From Escherichia phage T5, in the sequence record NC_005859.1: 64,000 nucleotides of DNA. One strand, 5' to 3'. The notes beneath the pieces are model-generated. The model saw only the letters and a program-made list of their open reading frames with translations. It ran no database searches and was not told the origin of the DNA. A program made the position numbers and the translations under genes. This document shows positions 8,788 to 18,258 of this stretch, piece after piece. Position 1 is the first letter of the stretch. The number at the start of each line of letters is the position of its first letter.

Positions 8788-9567
8788 ATGAAAATCGAAA
8801 TTCCAACACAATGTCCCTCTTGTGGTTCTAAGCTAGATCTTGTCAACGGACAATTATTCTGTCGTAATAAGTCCAACTGTCCAGCGCAATCAAGTAAGTT
8901 AATTGAGAACTTCTGTACAAAAATGAAGTTAAAGGGCTTTGGCCCGAAAACTATTGAGAAGCTGGAGCTGACGAAGATTTCAGAACTATTTTACCTAACC
9001 GAAGAAGATTTGGTTAGAGCCGTGGGTAGCAAGGTTGCCGCTAAGTTAATTAGCGAATTAAATACTAAAGTTCGCGGAGACATTGACTTTGGTTCAGTTC
9101 TCGGTTCTTTAGGAATCCCTCTAATTGGAGAGGTTGCAGCAAAGAAATTATCCCAAAATTGCACTAGCTTTCAAGATGTGAAGGCTGACGGCAAGGCTGG
9201 AGAAAACTATAAAGCCTGGCTAAATTCCCCACAAGGCAAGGATGTAATCGAATTACCGTGGAAATTCTCAAAGGGTATTAAGGGTGCTAAAGCTGAGGTC
9301 ATCATCACTGATGGTCTAGTAGCCCAGCCAAATGGAATCACGGTGTGTATTACCGGATCTTTGCAAGATTTTGCAAATCGAACGGATGCAACAAACTATT
9401 TAGAAGGTCTAGGATATACGGTTAAGAAATCCGTTACCAAAGACGTCAAATACCTAATCTGTGAGGATGAATCGAAGCGTTCTTCCTCATCTTATAAGAA
9501 AGCCGAAACGAATGGGATAGAAATCCTGTCGATTAAAGAACTATTGGAGAAAAATAATAATGTCTAA
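8788..9567 (+). CDS. NAD-dependent DNA ligase, C-terminal part (Zn finger, HhH, BRCT-like)
   Basis: Cys4 motif CPSCGS...CRNKSNCPAQ typical of LigA zinc finger; separate ORF about 200 bp after the N-terminal part. Confidence 0.75.
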   Translation: MKIEIPTQCPSCGSKLDLVNGQLFCRNKSNCPAQSSKLIENFCTKMKLKGFGPKTIEKLELTKISELFYLTEEDLVRAVGSKVAAKLISELNTKVRGDIDFGSVLGSLGIPLIGEVAAKKLSQNCTSFQDVKADGKAGENYKAWLNSPQGKDVIELPWKFSKGIKGAKAEVIITDGLVAQPNGITVCITGSLQDFANRTDATNYLEGLGYTVKKSVTKDVKYLICEDESKRSSSSYKKAETNGIEILSIKELLEKNNNV

Positions 9568-10327
9568 ACTGAACTGGAACGTAGAAGGTGTAACCGAGTC
9601 TCTGAAAGCAAAAGCCACTGCTCTGGGTGTTGATGTAATCTCTCAAGAACAAGTAGCTGCTATCGCTGCTGAACTGGCTGCTGAAACTGGCAAAGACGTT
9701 ACCGCTCGCTCTGTTGGCTCTAAGCTGCGTAAAGAAGGTTTCGAAGTACAGAAAGCTAACGAAGTACAGAAATCCCCGTGGACTCCTGAGCAGGAAGCTG
9801 AACTGGTTGATTTCCTGAACGCTCATGCTGGTCAGTATACTTATGCTGAAATCGCTGCTGCTGTAGCTGGTGGTCAATTTGGTGCTAAGCAGGTACAGGG
9901 TAAGATCCTGAGTCTGGAAATGACAGCATCTGTTAAGCCGACCGAAAAAGCTGCCGCTGTTCGTTCCTTCACTCCGGATGAAGAAACTGACTTTGTTAAT
10001 CAGGTTGTTGCTGGTGCTACTATTGAAGCTATCGCTGCTCACTTCGGTCGCAATATTAAGCAGATCCGTGGTAAAGCTCTGAGTCTGCTTCGTGAAGGTC
10101 GTATCGCGGCTATGCCGGTACAGGAAACTTCAAGTGCTAAAACTCGTGAAGATCTGCTAGAAGGTCTGGATCTGGTTAACATGACCGTTGCTGAGATCGC
10201 TGAGAAAACTGGTAAGTCTGAGCGTGGTGTTAAATCTATGCTGTCTCGTCGTGGTCTGGTTGCTAAGGACTATGATGGTGCCGCTAAGCGTGCTAAACTG
10301 GATGCAAAAGCTGCGGCTGCTGAATAA
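9560..10327 (+). CDS. hypothetical abundant protein with internal repeated HTH-like modules
   Basis: 255 aa; strongly optimised codon usage; repeated ~45-aa units (TPEQEAELVDF / TPDEETDFVNQ / MTVAEIAEKTGKSERGVKSML). Confidence 0.7.
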   Translation: MSKLNWNVEGVTESLKAKATALGVDVISQEQVAAIAAELAAETGKDVTARSVGSKLRKEGFEVQKANEVQKSPWTPEQEAELVDFLNAHAGQYTYAEIAAAVAGGQFGAKQVQGKILSLEMTASVKPTEKAAAVRSFTPDEETDFVNQVVAGATIEAIAAHFGRNIKQIRGKALSLLREGRIAAMPVQETSSAKTREDLLEGLDLVNMTVAEIAEKTGKSERGVKSMLSRRGLVAKDYDGAAKRAKLDAKAAAAE

Positions 10328-10358
10328 TCTGGTAAATTAAACCTAAGGGGAGGGGGCT

Positions 10359-11867
10359 ATGCTCCTTCCCCTTTTTGCATTTAGAAGGCACGAAAGCGTG
10401 CAAAGGAGAATGACCTTGTTTAACGTGCAAGCTGTAGTGTTGAAGATGCTTCTAGCTTCCGAACAGAAGCAAATAGCATTGGAAACATTCTCAAAACTGC
10501 ATAAAGATCATTTTAATGACGCTTTCTCCTCAATTTACCAAGCCGTCCAGAATTATTATAAAAAATATAACACAATGCCGTCCATTGACGCACTGATGCT
10601 TGAGGCTAATAGGAACGCCCGCCTTTCTCAAGCTCTAGTCGTTTTAGCTAACACTCAAATTCCAGAAGTTAGCATGGAACAGGCACTTGAAGTCCTAGAG
10701 GCCGAGTATACACAGGATTTATTCCTGAAGCTTCTAGAAACAGACGTGCTTCAAGATTTAACAATGCTGGATCAGGGAGAAATTCTTAACCGAGTTGCCT
10801 CCCTTCACTTAAAATTAGAAGAGAAAGTAACGAATACTGGAAAAGTATTCAACGCAGATAACATGCGTATTTTCCAGAGAGAAGAAGATACCAAACTGAA
10901 CTTAATCGCTCTTGGTATTTGTAATGAGTTCGACGCTCAAATTGGTTTAGCTCGCACAGAAACGTTACTGCTTGGTGGTTGGCGTGGTACTGGTAAATCC
11001 ATTATCTGTTCAAACATACAGGTTGGAGATATTGCTCCATACTTCTCAATTGAGATGAAAGAACATGAAGTATTTAGACGTAATCTAGCCATGTTAGCTG
11101 GTGTATCAGCACTAGCAATGCGAAATAATACTCTAGAAGGTGCAGCTCTGTTGAGATTAGCCAGAACTAGAGCTAGAATGTTTAACGGTGGTGAAGAGCT
11201 TTTCGATAACTTCGTTAAACAATACACAATGGCTAAGATGAGTGATTTCTACGATATGGAAAGTAAGCTAATAGAAGGATATGAGCTACATACTCCTATG
11301 ATTATTGTTTATGATCCTGAGCTGTCTATTACAACAGTTGACGTAGAATTAAATAAATTAGTTGCTAGATATGGGGATAAAGTTACAGTAGCTTTACTTG
11401 ACTATATTAACCAAACCCGACTTCCAGATTCTAAAACCATTGATATGTATGACTGGAAAGAACAGATGGTTGTTAGCTCGTCTTTCAAATCCATCTGCCA
11501 GAAACATAACGTGGCTGGTGTAGCTCCTTACCAGATTGATCAAGATGGTAGAACACGTATGTCAAAAGGGATTCTTGATTCCGCAGACATGGCTGCTAAT
11601 CTTAATGCTGCAAAAGCTGATAATGGTCAAGGTGCTATTATGTTTGACTTCGTTAAGACCCGTTCTTCTGATAGCGTGAAGTTTATGCCTAAAATGAACT
11701 GGGAAACCCTGCGGATGGATAACACTACCAACCTAGCAATGGAAGATATATCTCAAATGGAAGCTGAGTTCGTTATCCCTATTGAGAAGGATAAGCCGGC
11801 TCAATCTAAACGTGCTAAGAAAGACAAAGCTGAAAATTCAACAGGTGAACAGGCCAGCGATATATGA
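10359..11867 (+). CDS. DnaB-like replicative helicase
   Basis: Walker A GGWRGTGKS; RecA-like C-terminal half; exact start uncertain (10359 has ggagg RBS, alternatives 10410/10416). Confidence 0.75.
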   Translation: MLLPLFAFRRHESVQRRMTLFNVQAVVLKMLLASEQKQIALETFSKLHKDHFNDAFSSIYQAVQNYYKKYNTMPSIDALMLEANRNARLSQALVVLANTQIPEVSMEQALEVLEAEYTQDLFLKLLETDVLQDLTMLDQGEILNRVASLHLKLEEKVTNTGKVFNADNMRIFQREEDTKLNLIALGICNEFDAQIGLARTETLLLGGWRGTGKSIICSNIQVGDIAPYFSIEMKEHEVFRRNLAMLAGVSALAMRNNTLEGAALLRLARTRARMFNGGEELFDNFVKQYTMAKMSDFYDMESKLIEGYELHTPMIIVYDPELSITTVDVELNKLVARYGDKVTVALLDYINQTRLPDSKTIDMYDWKEQMVVSSSFKSICQKHNVAGVAPYQIDQDGRTRMSKGILDSADMAANLNAAKADNGQGAIMFDFVKTRSSDSVKFMPKMNWETLRMDNTTNLAMEDISQMEAEFVIPIEKDKPAQSKRAKKDKAENSTGEQASDI

Positions 11868-12397
11868 TAACACAGGAAAGGCTAAAAGAGTTATTTGATT
11901 ACTCCCCAGGAACTGGGGAGTTTACTAGAAAAGTATCTAGAGGTAATCAGAAAGCTGGTAGTATAGTAACCAGAAAAGACTCTAACGGTTATATAATTAT
12001 TGGTATAGATGGCAAGGATTACAAAGCCCATCGGATGGCTTTTCTATTTATGGAAAATACATTACCGGAAAAAGTAGACCATGTAAATAGAATACCCTTT
12101 GATAATAGGTGGTGTAATCTAAGAGATGCCACAGCCCAGGAAAATAGTAGAAATAAAACCGCATGTAGTAAGTCTGGATACTTGGGAGTTGCTTGGGATA
12201 TCGAAAAACAAAGATGGAGAGTTCAGGTAAGAGACTCTAATAGCACTCTTAAAAATGGTGGCAGATTTAAGTATGAGGAGCTAGAGCTAGCTGTAAATTC
12301 AGCAAATATACTAAGGACTAAGTTACATGGAGAACGTGCTGTTATAGAAATTTTTGATACATCTAATTATCCTTCACTGGAGGAGTTAAATTCATGA
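11864..12397 (+). CDS. HNH homing endonuclease with AP2-like domain
   Basis: 177 aa; AHRMAF...VDHVNRIPFDNRWCNLR..T..EN HNH motif; YLGVAWD...RWRVQV AP2-like; ATGA overlaps with both neighbours. Confidence 0.75.
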   Translation: MITQERLKELFDYSPGTGEFTRKVSRGNQKAGSIVTRKDSNGYIIIGIDGKDYKAHRMAFLFMENTLPEKVDHVNRIPFDNRWCNLRDATAQENSRNKTACSKSGYLGVAWDIEKQRWRVQVRDSNSTLKNGGRFKYEELELAVNSANILRTKLHGERAVIEIFDTSNYPSLEELNS

Positions 12398-13284
12398 GTC
12401 GAATAACAGAATTACTTGATCTTAAGGGAATTGAGTATAAAGATACTGGTGGAGATATTTTAATCTGTTGTCTCAATCCAGATCATGACGATAAACACCC
12501 AAGTTTGCGTATTGACCCTGAAACAGGTATTATGCACTGCTTGAGTTGTGGCTTCGGTAAAGGTATACCGAGCATTTACCATTATTTTAATGAGACTCAG
12601 TACCGACAGTCCCCAAGGCTATCGCAAGTACGTAAAAAGATTTCAGAGATTAGGAATGGATCAACGAATCTTGCAATTCCTGAATCTGCTTACCTTTTCG
12701 AAGGTGATTTCCGAGGTATAAGTTCTAAGACCTTGAAGAAATATTTTGCTTTCCAACACCAAGCAGACTGGGAAGGCAGAATTGTATTCCCAATCACAGA
12801 TGCTGTTGGACGCAATATCCTATTTTTGGGTCGTTCTATAAACAGTTCTGCCCCTCCTAAATACTTAGTAAAACCAAAACAAGTTTCACCACCAATTTTT
12901 CCTGTACGATATAATACTCCGGTTCTTATTCTAGTTGAAGGCATCTTTGATATGCTGAACCTAGAGGATAATGGTATAGACTATGCTTCTTGCTGCTTTG
13001 GTACACATCAGTTTACTTCGGATAACATTGCAGATAAGTTCAGTCCTTATATTATTGCCGGTGTAAAAGTTGTTGTTATCTTACTAGATAATGATGCTTC
13101 TGGTAATAAAGCTGCACAAGCATTGGCCAAGCTAATTCGTACAAAAACGCGTTTAACACCTGTAGTTGCTAACTTTCTTCTGCCTGAAGGTAAAGACCCG
13201 GGTGACTTAAATAAAGAAGAGATTGATACGTTAGCAAAACGTATTGAAATTTTAGTTGCTGAATCGCTTAAAGATTTGGTATAA
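12394..13284 (+). CDS. DNA primase (CHC2 zinc finger plus Toprim)
   Basis: C..NPDH...H..LSCGFGKG zinc finger; Toprim-like ILVEGIFD and LLDNDASG motifs. Confidence 0.8.
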   Translation: MSRITELLDLKGIEYKDTGGDILICCLNPDHDDKHPSLRIDPETGIMHCLSCGFGKGIPSIYHYFNETQYRQSPRLSQVRKKISEIRNGSTNLAIPESAYLFEGDFRGISSKTLKKYFAFQHQADWEGRIVFPITDAVGRNILFLGRSINSSAPPKYLVKPKQVSPPIFPVRYNTPVLILVEGIFDMLNLEDNGIDYASCCFGTHQFTSDNIADKFSPYIIAGVKVVVILLDNDASGNKAAQALAKLIRTKTRLTPVVANFLLPEGKDPGDLNKEEIDTLAKRIEILVAESLKDLV

Positions 13285-13288
13285 TATA

Positions 13289-13333
13289 TTGGTAAGTTAG
13301 AGAAGAAACACTGAAGTTATACTTACTTACCAA
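13289..13333 (+). promoter_or_regulatory. leader hairpin immediately 5' of DNA polymerase RBS
   Basis: 9-bp stem ttggtaagt / acttaccaa with ~27-nt loop ending 1 nt before SD aggaga; possible extended -10 TGgTATAAT at 13277-13285. Confidence 0.35.
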
Positions 13334-13346
13334 GAGGAGATTAAAT

Positions 13347-15914
13347 TTGAAAATCGCAGTAGTTGATAAAGCTCTAAACAACACTCGTTATGATAAACAT
13401 TTCCAGCTATACGGCGAGGAAGTTGATGTATTCCATATGTGTAACGAGAAGTTGTCCGGTCGTTTGCTCAAAAAGCATATTACTATCGGAACTCCGGAAA
13501 ACCCATTTGACCCGAATGATTATGATTTTGTTATACTGGTAGGTGCCGAACCTTTCCTGTACTTTGCAGGTAAGAAAGGTATTGGTGATTATACCGGTAA
13601 ACGTGTAGAGTATAATGGATATGCTAACTGGATTGCGAGTATCAGCCCAGCCCAGTTACACTTTAAACCTGAAATGAAACCAGTTTTTGATGCAACAGTA
13701 GAGAATATCCACGATATTATCAATGGTCGTGAGAAGATTGCAAAAGCTGGTGATTACCGTCCTATTACTGACCCTGATGAGGCTGAAGAATATATCAAGA
13801 TGGTGTATAATATGGTTATCGGACCCGTCGCATTCGACTCCGAAACCTCAGCACTATACTGTCGAGATGGTTATCTGCTTGGTGTTTCTATTTCTCACCA
13901 AGAGTATCAGGGTGTATATATCGATTCTGATTGTCTCACAGAGGTTGCAGTATATTATCTCCAGAAAATTCTGGATAGTGAAAACCACACTATTGTTTTT
14001 CACAACTTGAAGTTTGATATGCACTTTTATAAGTACCATCTGGGACTTACTTTTGATAAAGCACATAAAGAACGCAGGCTCCATGATACCATGTTGCAGC
14101 ACTATGTTTTAGATGAACGTCGTGGTACTCATGGCTTGAAATCTCTAGCAATGAAGTATACCGATATGGGTGACTATGACTTCGAACTAGATAAGTTCAA
14201 AGATGATTACTGTAAAGCACATAAAATCAAGAAAGAAGATTTCACCTATGATTTAATTCCGTTTGATATTATGTGGCCATATGCTGCGAAAGATACGGAT
14301 GCCACTATACGTTTGCACAACTTCTTTTTACCAAAAATTGAGAAGAATGAAAAACTTTGCAGTCTGTATTACGATGTTTTGATGCCTGGTTGCGTATTCT
14401 TGCAACGTGTTGAGGATCGTGGAGTACCTATCTCTATTGATCGTTTGAAAGAAGCTCAGTATCAGTTGACTCATAATTTGAATAAAGCCCGTGAGAAACT
14501 GTACACTTATCCAGAAGTTAAACAGCTAGAACAAGATCAGAATGAAGCATTTAACCCGAACTCTGTTAAGCAGCTACGTGTTCTTCTGTTTGATTACGTT
14601 GGCTTAACTCCAACAGGTAAACTGACGGATACTGGAGCAGATTCTACGGATGCAGAAGCTCTAAATGAACTGGCTACGCAGCATCCAATTGCTAAAACTC
14701 TGCTAGAGATTCGTAAGCTGACTAAGCTGATCTCTACTTATGTTGAGAAGATTCTACTGAGTATTGATGCAGATGGTTGCATTCGTACTGGTTTCCATGA
14801 ACATATGACTACTTCTGGTCGTCTGAGTTCTTCTGGTAAACTGAACCTGCAACAGTTACCCCGTGATGAATCTATTATCAAGGGTTGTGTAGTAGCTCCT
14901 CCTGGGTATCGTGTAATCGCGTGGGACTTAACAACTGCGGAAGTTTATTATGCTGCTGTTCTATCTGGTGATAGAAATATGCAACAGGTATTTATCAACA
15001 TGAGAAATGAACCCGATAAATACCCAGACTTCCACTCCAACATCGCACACATGGTGTTTAAGCTGCAATGCGAACCCCGTGATGTTAAAAAGCTGTTCCC
15101 AGCTCTGCGTCAGGCTGCTAAAGCAATCACCTTCGGTATTCTGTATGGTTCTGGCCCAGCTAAAGTAGCGCATTCTGTTAACGAAGCATTACTAGAACAA
15201 GCAGCCAAGACGGGCGAACCGTTTGTTGAATGTACTGTTGCAGATGCTAAAGAGTACATTGAGACTTACTTCGGTCAGTTCCCACAGCTTAAGCGTTGGA
15301 TTGATAAGTGCCACGATCAGATCAAGAATCATGGATTTATCTATAGTCACTTTGGTCGTAAACGTCGTCTGCATAATATCCATTCCGAAGACCGTGGTGT
15401 TCAGGGTGAAGAAATTCGTTCTGGATTTAATGCAATCATTCAGTCTGCTTCTTCTGATAGTCTCCTTTTAGGTGCTGTAGATGCAGATAATGAGATCATT
15501 TCTCTTGGTTTAGAACAAGAGATGAAGATTGTTATGTTGGTTCATGACTCCGTAGTTGCTATTGTTCGTGAGGATTTGATCGACCAATACAATGAAATCC
15601 TGATTCGTAATATTCAGAAAGACCGTGGTATCAGTATTCCTGGCTGTCCGATTGGTATTGATTCAGATTCTGAAGCTGGAGGTTCTCGTGACTATTCTTG
15701 TGGTAAGATGAAGAAACAGCACCCATCAATCGCTTGTATTGATGATGATGAATATACTCGTTATGTCAAGGGTGTATTACTTGATGCAGAATTCGAGTAT
15801 AAGAAACTAGCTGCAATGGATAAAGAGCATCCAGATCATAGCAAATACAAGGATGATAAGTTTATTGCTGTATGTAAAGATTTGGATAACGTGAAAAGGA
15901 TTCTCGGTGCTTGA
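13347..15914 (+). CDS. DNA polymerase, family A (PolA-like with 3'-5' exonuclease)
   Basis: 855 aa, TTG start with RBS aggaga; exo motif DSETSALY; motif B KAITFGILYGSG; motif C VHDS; length matches T5 polymerase. Confidence 0.92.
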   Translation: MKIAVVDKALNNTRYDKHFQLYGEEVDVFHMCNEKLSGRLLKKHITIGTPENPFDPNDYDFVILVGAEPFLYFAGKKGIGDYTGKRVEYNGYANWIASISPAQLHFKPEMKPVFDATVENIHDIINGREKIAKAGDYRPITDPDEAEEYIKMVYNMVIGPVAFDSETSALYCRDGYLLGVSISHQEYQGVYIDSDCLTEVAVYYLQKILDSENHTIVFHNLKFDMHFYKYHLGLTFDKAHKERRLHDTMLQHYVLDERRGTHGLKSLAMKYTDMGDYDFELDKFKDDYCKAHKIKKEDFTYDLIPFDIMWPYAAKDTDATIRLHNFFLPKIEKNEKLCSLYYDVLMPGCVFLQRVEDRGVPISIDRLKEAQYQLTHNLNKAREKLYTYPEVKQLEQDQNEAFNPNSVKQLRVLLFDYVGLTPTGKLTDTGADSTDAEALNELATQHPIAKTLLEIRKLTKLISTYVEKILLSIDADGCIRTGFHEHMTTSGRLSSSGKLNLQQLPRDESIIKGCVVAPPGYRVIAWDLTTAEVYYAAVLSGDRNMQQVFINMRNEPDKYPDFHSNIAHMVFKLQCEPRDVKKLFPALRQAAKAITFGILYGSGPAKVAHSVNEALLEQAAKTGEPFVECTVADAKEYIETYFGQFPQLKRWIDKCHDQIKNHGFIYSHFGRKRRLHNIHSEDRGVQGEEIRSGFNAIIQSASSDSLLLGAVDADNEIISLGLEQEMKIVMLVHDSVVAIVREDLIDQYNEILIRNIQKDRGISIPGCPIGIDSDSEAGGSRDYSCGKMKKQHPSIACIDDDEYTRYVKGVLLDAEFEYKKLAAMDKEHPDHSKYKDDKFIAVCKDLDNVKRILGA

Positions 15915-16404
15915 TTTCAAATTGCCCGTCTATGCGTTACGGGCGTTTGTATCAATTGAGCAAGAAGGTGATTATTCCGTAATTACAACAAGATATAATA
16001 AATATGTGCTAGATAACAGGAAGTTGCCTGGCACGTTTTCTCAACGTAGGCTTATTCTATTTGAGAAACGGAAAGAATTACCATACAAGCTCTATCCTAT
16101 TAGGGGTAGAATATCAATGTTGTCTCAATTAGTTGGGTCAAAGCGTAACCAATTTATAGATTCTGATGGAAATCTTATTAATTGGAAGAAAACTACGTTC
16201 TATGATGTTGTCACCTCTAAAGTTTTGCATTCAGCTAGAATTTATAATGGAAAATACCAATGCTATGTGGCTAAAGTCCCTTATCCATTTGTATTATCCT
16301 ATGTTCCAGCTTATATAAGCTATATTCTGGTAAATAATAGCCCTGTTATTTATCAAGTCCATCAAGAGGAGCCTGAAATTCCTAGACTTAGAATAAAATT
16401 ATGA
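15907..16404 (+). CDS. hypothetical protein
   Basis: 165-aa ORF coupled between polymerase and helicase; GTG start overlapping polymerase stop. Confidence 0.5.
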   Translation: MLDFKLPVYALRAFVSIEQEGDYSVITTRYNKYVLDNRKLPGTFSQRRLILFEKRKELPYKLYPIRGRISMLSQLVGSKRNQFIDSDGNLINWKKTTFYDVVTSKVLHSARIYNGKYQCYVAKVPYPFVLSYVPAYISYILVNNSPVIYQVHQEEPEIPRLRIKL

Positions 16405-17753
16405 AGGTTGTTATATCTAATAAAGCCTATTTCAAGCCCGATGATGAACTTTGGGATTATTGTAGTAAGCAAACCACTTATCACATAGAGACAATGACTA
16501 GTAAATACCCTATTATGTATAAGAATAGTGGTGTTGTTGCCAAAGAGATTAAGTGGATTCCTATTACGCGTCTGGACTTATTAGATGCTAAAGGAATAAA
16601 ATACGAATTAGTCGATAAACGCACACTAGCACCGGTAGATATACCAAAACCTAAGTTCAAGCTGCGTGAAGAAGATCAGCTTCCAATATACGAAGAATGC
16701 GATGATACCTGTATTATTAATGGTAAGCCTGGGTTTGGTAAAACTATCCTAGCACTTGCACTTGCGTATAAATTTGGCCAGAAAACTTTAGTAATCTGTA
16801 CGAATACATCCATTCGTGAAATGTGGGCGGCAGAAGTTCGTAAATGGTTTGGGTTTGAACCAGGTATCATAGGTTCTGGGAAATACAATATTGATCCGCC
16901 AATTGTAGTCAGTAATATTCAAACAGTGAATAAACATGCGAATAATCTTTCTAAAGTATTCGGTACTGTTATAGTTGATGAAGTTCACCATTGTGTGGCT
17001 ACAACTTTCACTAACTTCCTAGAAATATCATGTGCTCGCTATAAAATTGGACTATCCGGTACACTAAAACGAAAAGACGGTTTACAAGTTATGTTCAAAG
17101 ATTTCTTTGGATATAAGATATTTAGCCCGCCGGTTAATAATACTGTTGCACCTACAATCCATAGGTACTCCGTGCCTGTTGAGCTATCAGGAAACCAAAA
17201 CGTACCGTGGGCATTACGTGCTAACGATGTGTATAATCATCCTGAATATCGAGAGACTATTATAAACCTAGCACATTTATATGTGAATATGGGACATAAA
17301 GTACTCATTGTAAGTGATAGAACAGAGTTAATCCAAACAATACTAGAAGCTCTTACACAGCGTGGTGTTACAACCTATGAAATTATAGGAGCAACCCACT
17401 TAGATGACCGATTAAAAATTCAGGAAGATATAGCAAAAGGCGGGCCGTGTGTGCTTGCAGCAGCTCAAAGCATCTTCTCTGAAGGTATTTCACTTAACGA
17501 GCTGTCTTGTTTAATAATGGGAAGCCTCATTAATAATGAATCTCTCATTGAACAGCTTGCAGGCCGTGTTCAACGTATTGTCGAGGGTAAACTCGACCCA
17601 ATCGTTGTAGATCTAATTATGAAAGGTGGCACTGGGTTAAGGCAGGCTTCTGGACGTATGGCAGTATATCGTAACAACGGGTGGAAAACTATTACTATGA
17701 CTCCGGAGAAAGCAGTTCAATTAGCTAAAATTGCATTTGGCAACAGCTCATAA
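16401..17753 (+). CDS. SF2 helicase (DEAD/DEAH-like), T5 D10-like
   Basis: 450 aa; Walker A GKPGFGKT; Walker B DEVHH; helicase C-terminal region. Confidence 0.8.
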   Translation: MKVVISNKAYFKPDDELWDYCSKQTTYHIETMTSKYPIMYKNSGVVAKEIKWIPITRLDLLDAKGIKYELVDKRTLAPVDIPKPKFKLREEDQLPIYEECDDTCIINGKPGFGKTILALALAYKFGQKTLVICTNTSIREMWAAEVRKWFGFEPGIIGSGKYNIDPPIVVSNIQTVNKHANNLSKVFGTVIVDEVHHCVATTFTNFLEISCARYKIGLSGTLKRKDGLQVMFKDFFGYKIFSPPVNNTVAPTIHRYSVPVELSGNQNVPWALRANDVYNHPEYRETIINLAHLYVNMGHKVLIVSDRTELIQTILEALTQRGVTTYEIIGATHLDDRLKIQEDIAKGGPCVLAAAQSIFSEGISLNELSCLIMGSLINNESLIEQLAGRVQRIVEGKLDPIVVDLIMKGGTGLRQASGRMAVYRNNGWKTITMTPEKAVQLAKIAFGNSS

Positions 17754-17765
17754 ATGATGTATAAT
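17737..17765 (+). promoter_or_regulatory. sigma70-type early promoter
   Basis: -35 TTGGCA, 17-bp spacer, -10 TATAAT, then ATATACATAAATTTGAGAGAG. Confidence 0.55.
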
Positions 17766-17836
17766 ATATACATAAATTTGAGAGAGAAAGTTTCGGATTG
17801 ATAAGAAAGTCCGAAGCAGAAAAATAAAAATTTTAG

Positions 17837-17866
17837 TTGCTAAATTCTCTCGAAATCTAGTATAAT
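17837..17866 (+). promoter_or_regulatory. sigma70-type early promoter (second of a tandem pair)
   Basis: -35 TTGCTA, ~18-bp spacer, -10 TATAAT, then ATATACATAAATTCGAGGAG; near-duplicate of the promoter 100 bp upstream. Confidence 0.55.
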
Positions 17867-17973
17867 ATATACATAAATTCGAGGAGAAAACAAAAATTAA
17901 ATTCTTCGATTATGAAAAGCTATACTTACTAGCTAGAGGAAATTCCGACCTAATTATTAAGCTATTCAAAAGA

Positions 17974-18258
17974 ATGCTTACAGAGCCTGATGCTCACCAA
18001 TTATTGGTCGGTTCCTCATTCATTTTGAATGAATCAACAATAGTTGATAATCCAAATAAATTGTCTAATAGGCAACTGGCAGAATATCTAGGAATTTTAA
18101 GTCTACGAAATTATGCCGAATACAAGTTTACAAACGATCCTAGTTTGGACATACAATATGTTCCAGTATGGATACCACGTTTAGTAATCGACACTAACCC
18201 ACTAATCGCAATTAACAAATCGAAATTAATCTTTAAAGAGGAAATAAAATATGGCTAA
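17974..18258 (+). CDS. hypothetical protein
   Basis: 94-aa ORF; poor codon usage. Confidence 0.4.
   Translation: MLTEPDAHQLLVGSSFILNESTIVDNPNKLSNRQLAEYLGILSLRNYAEYKFTNDPSLDIQYVPVWIPRLVIDTNPLIAINKSKLIFKEEIKYG

Noticed and set aside
10338-10375. Intrinsic terminator after the 9560..10327 gene
   Set aside because: The stem is only ~7 bp with a large loop, and the region overlaps a plausible helicase RBS/start (ggagg then ATG at 10359); left unannotated.
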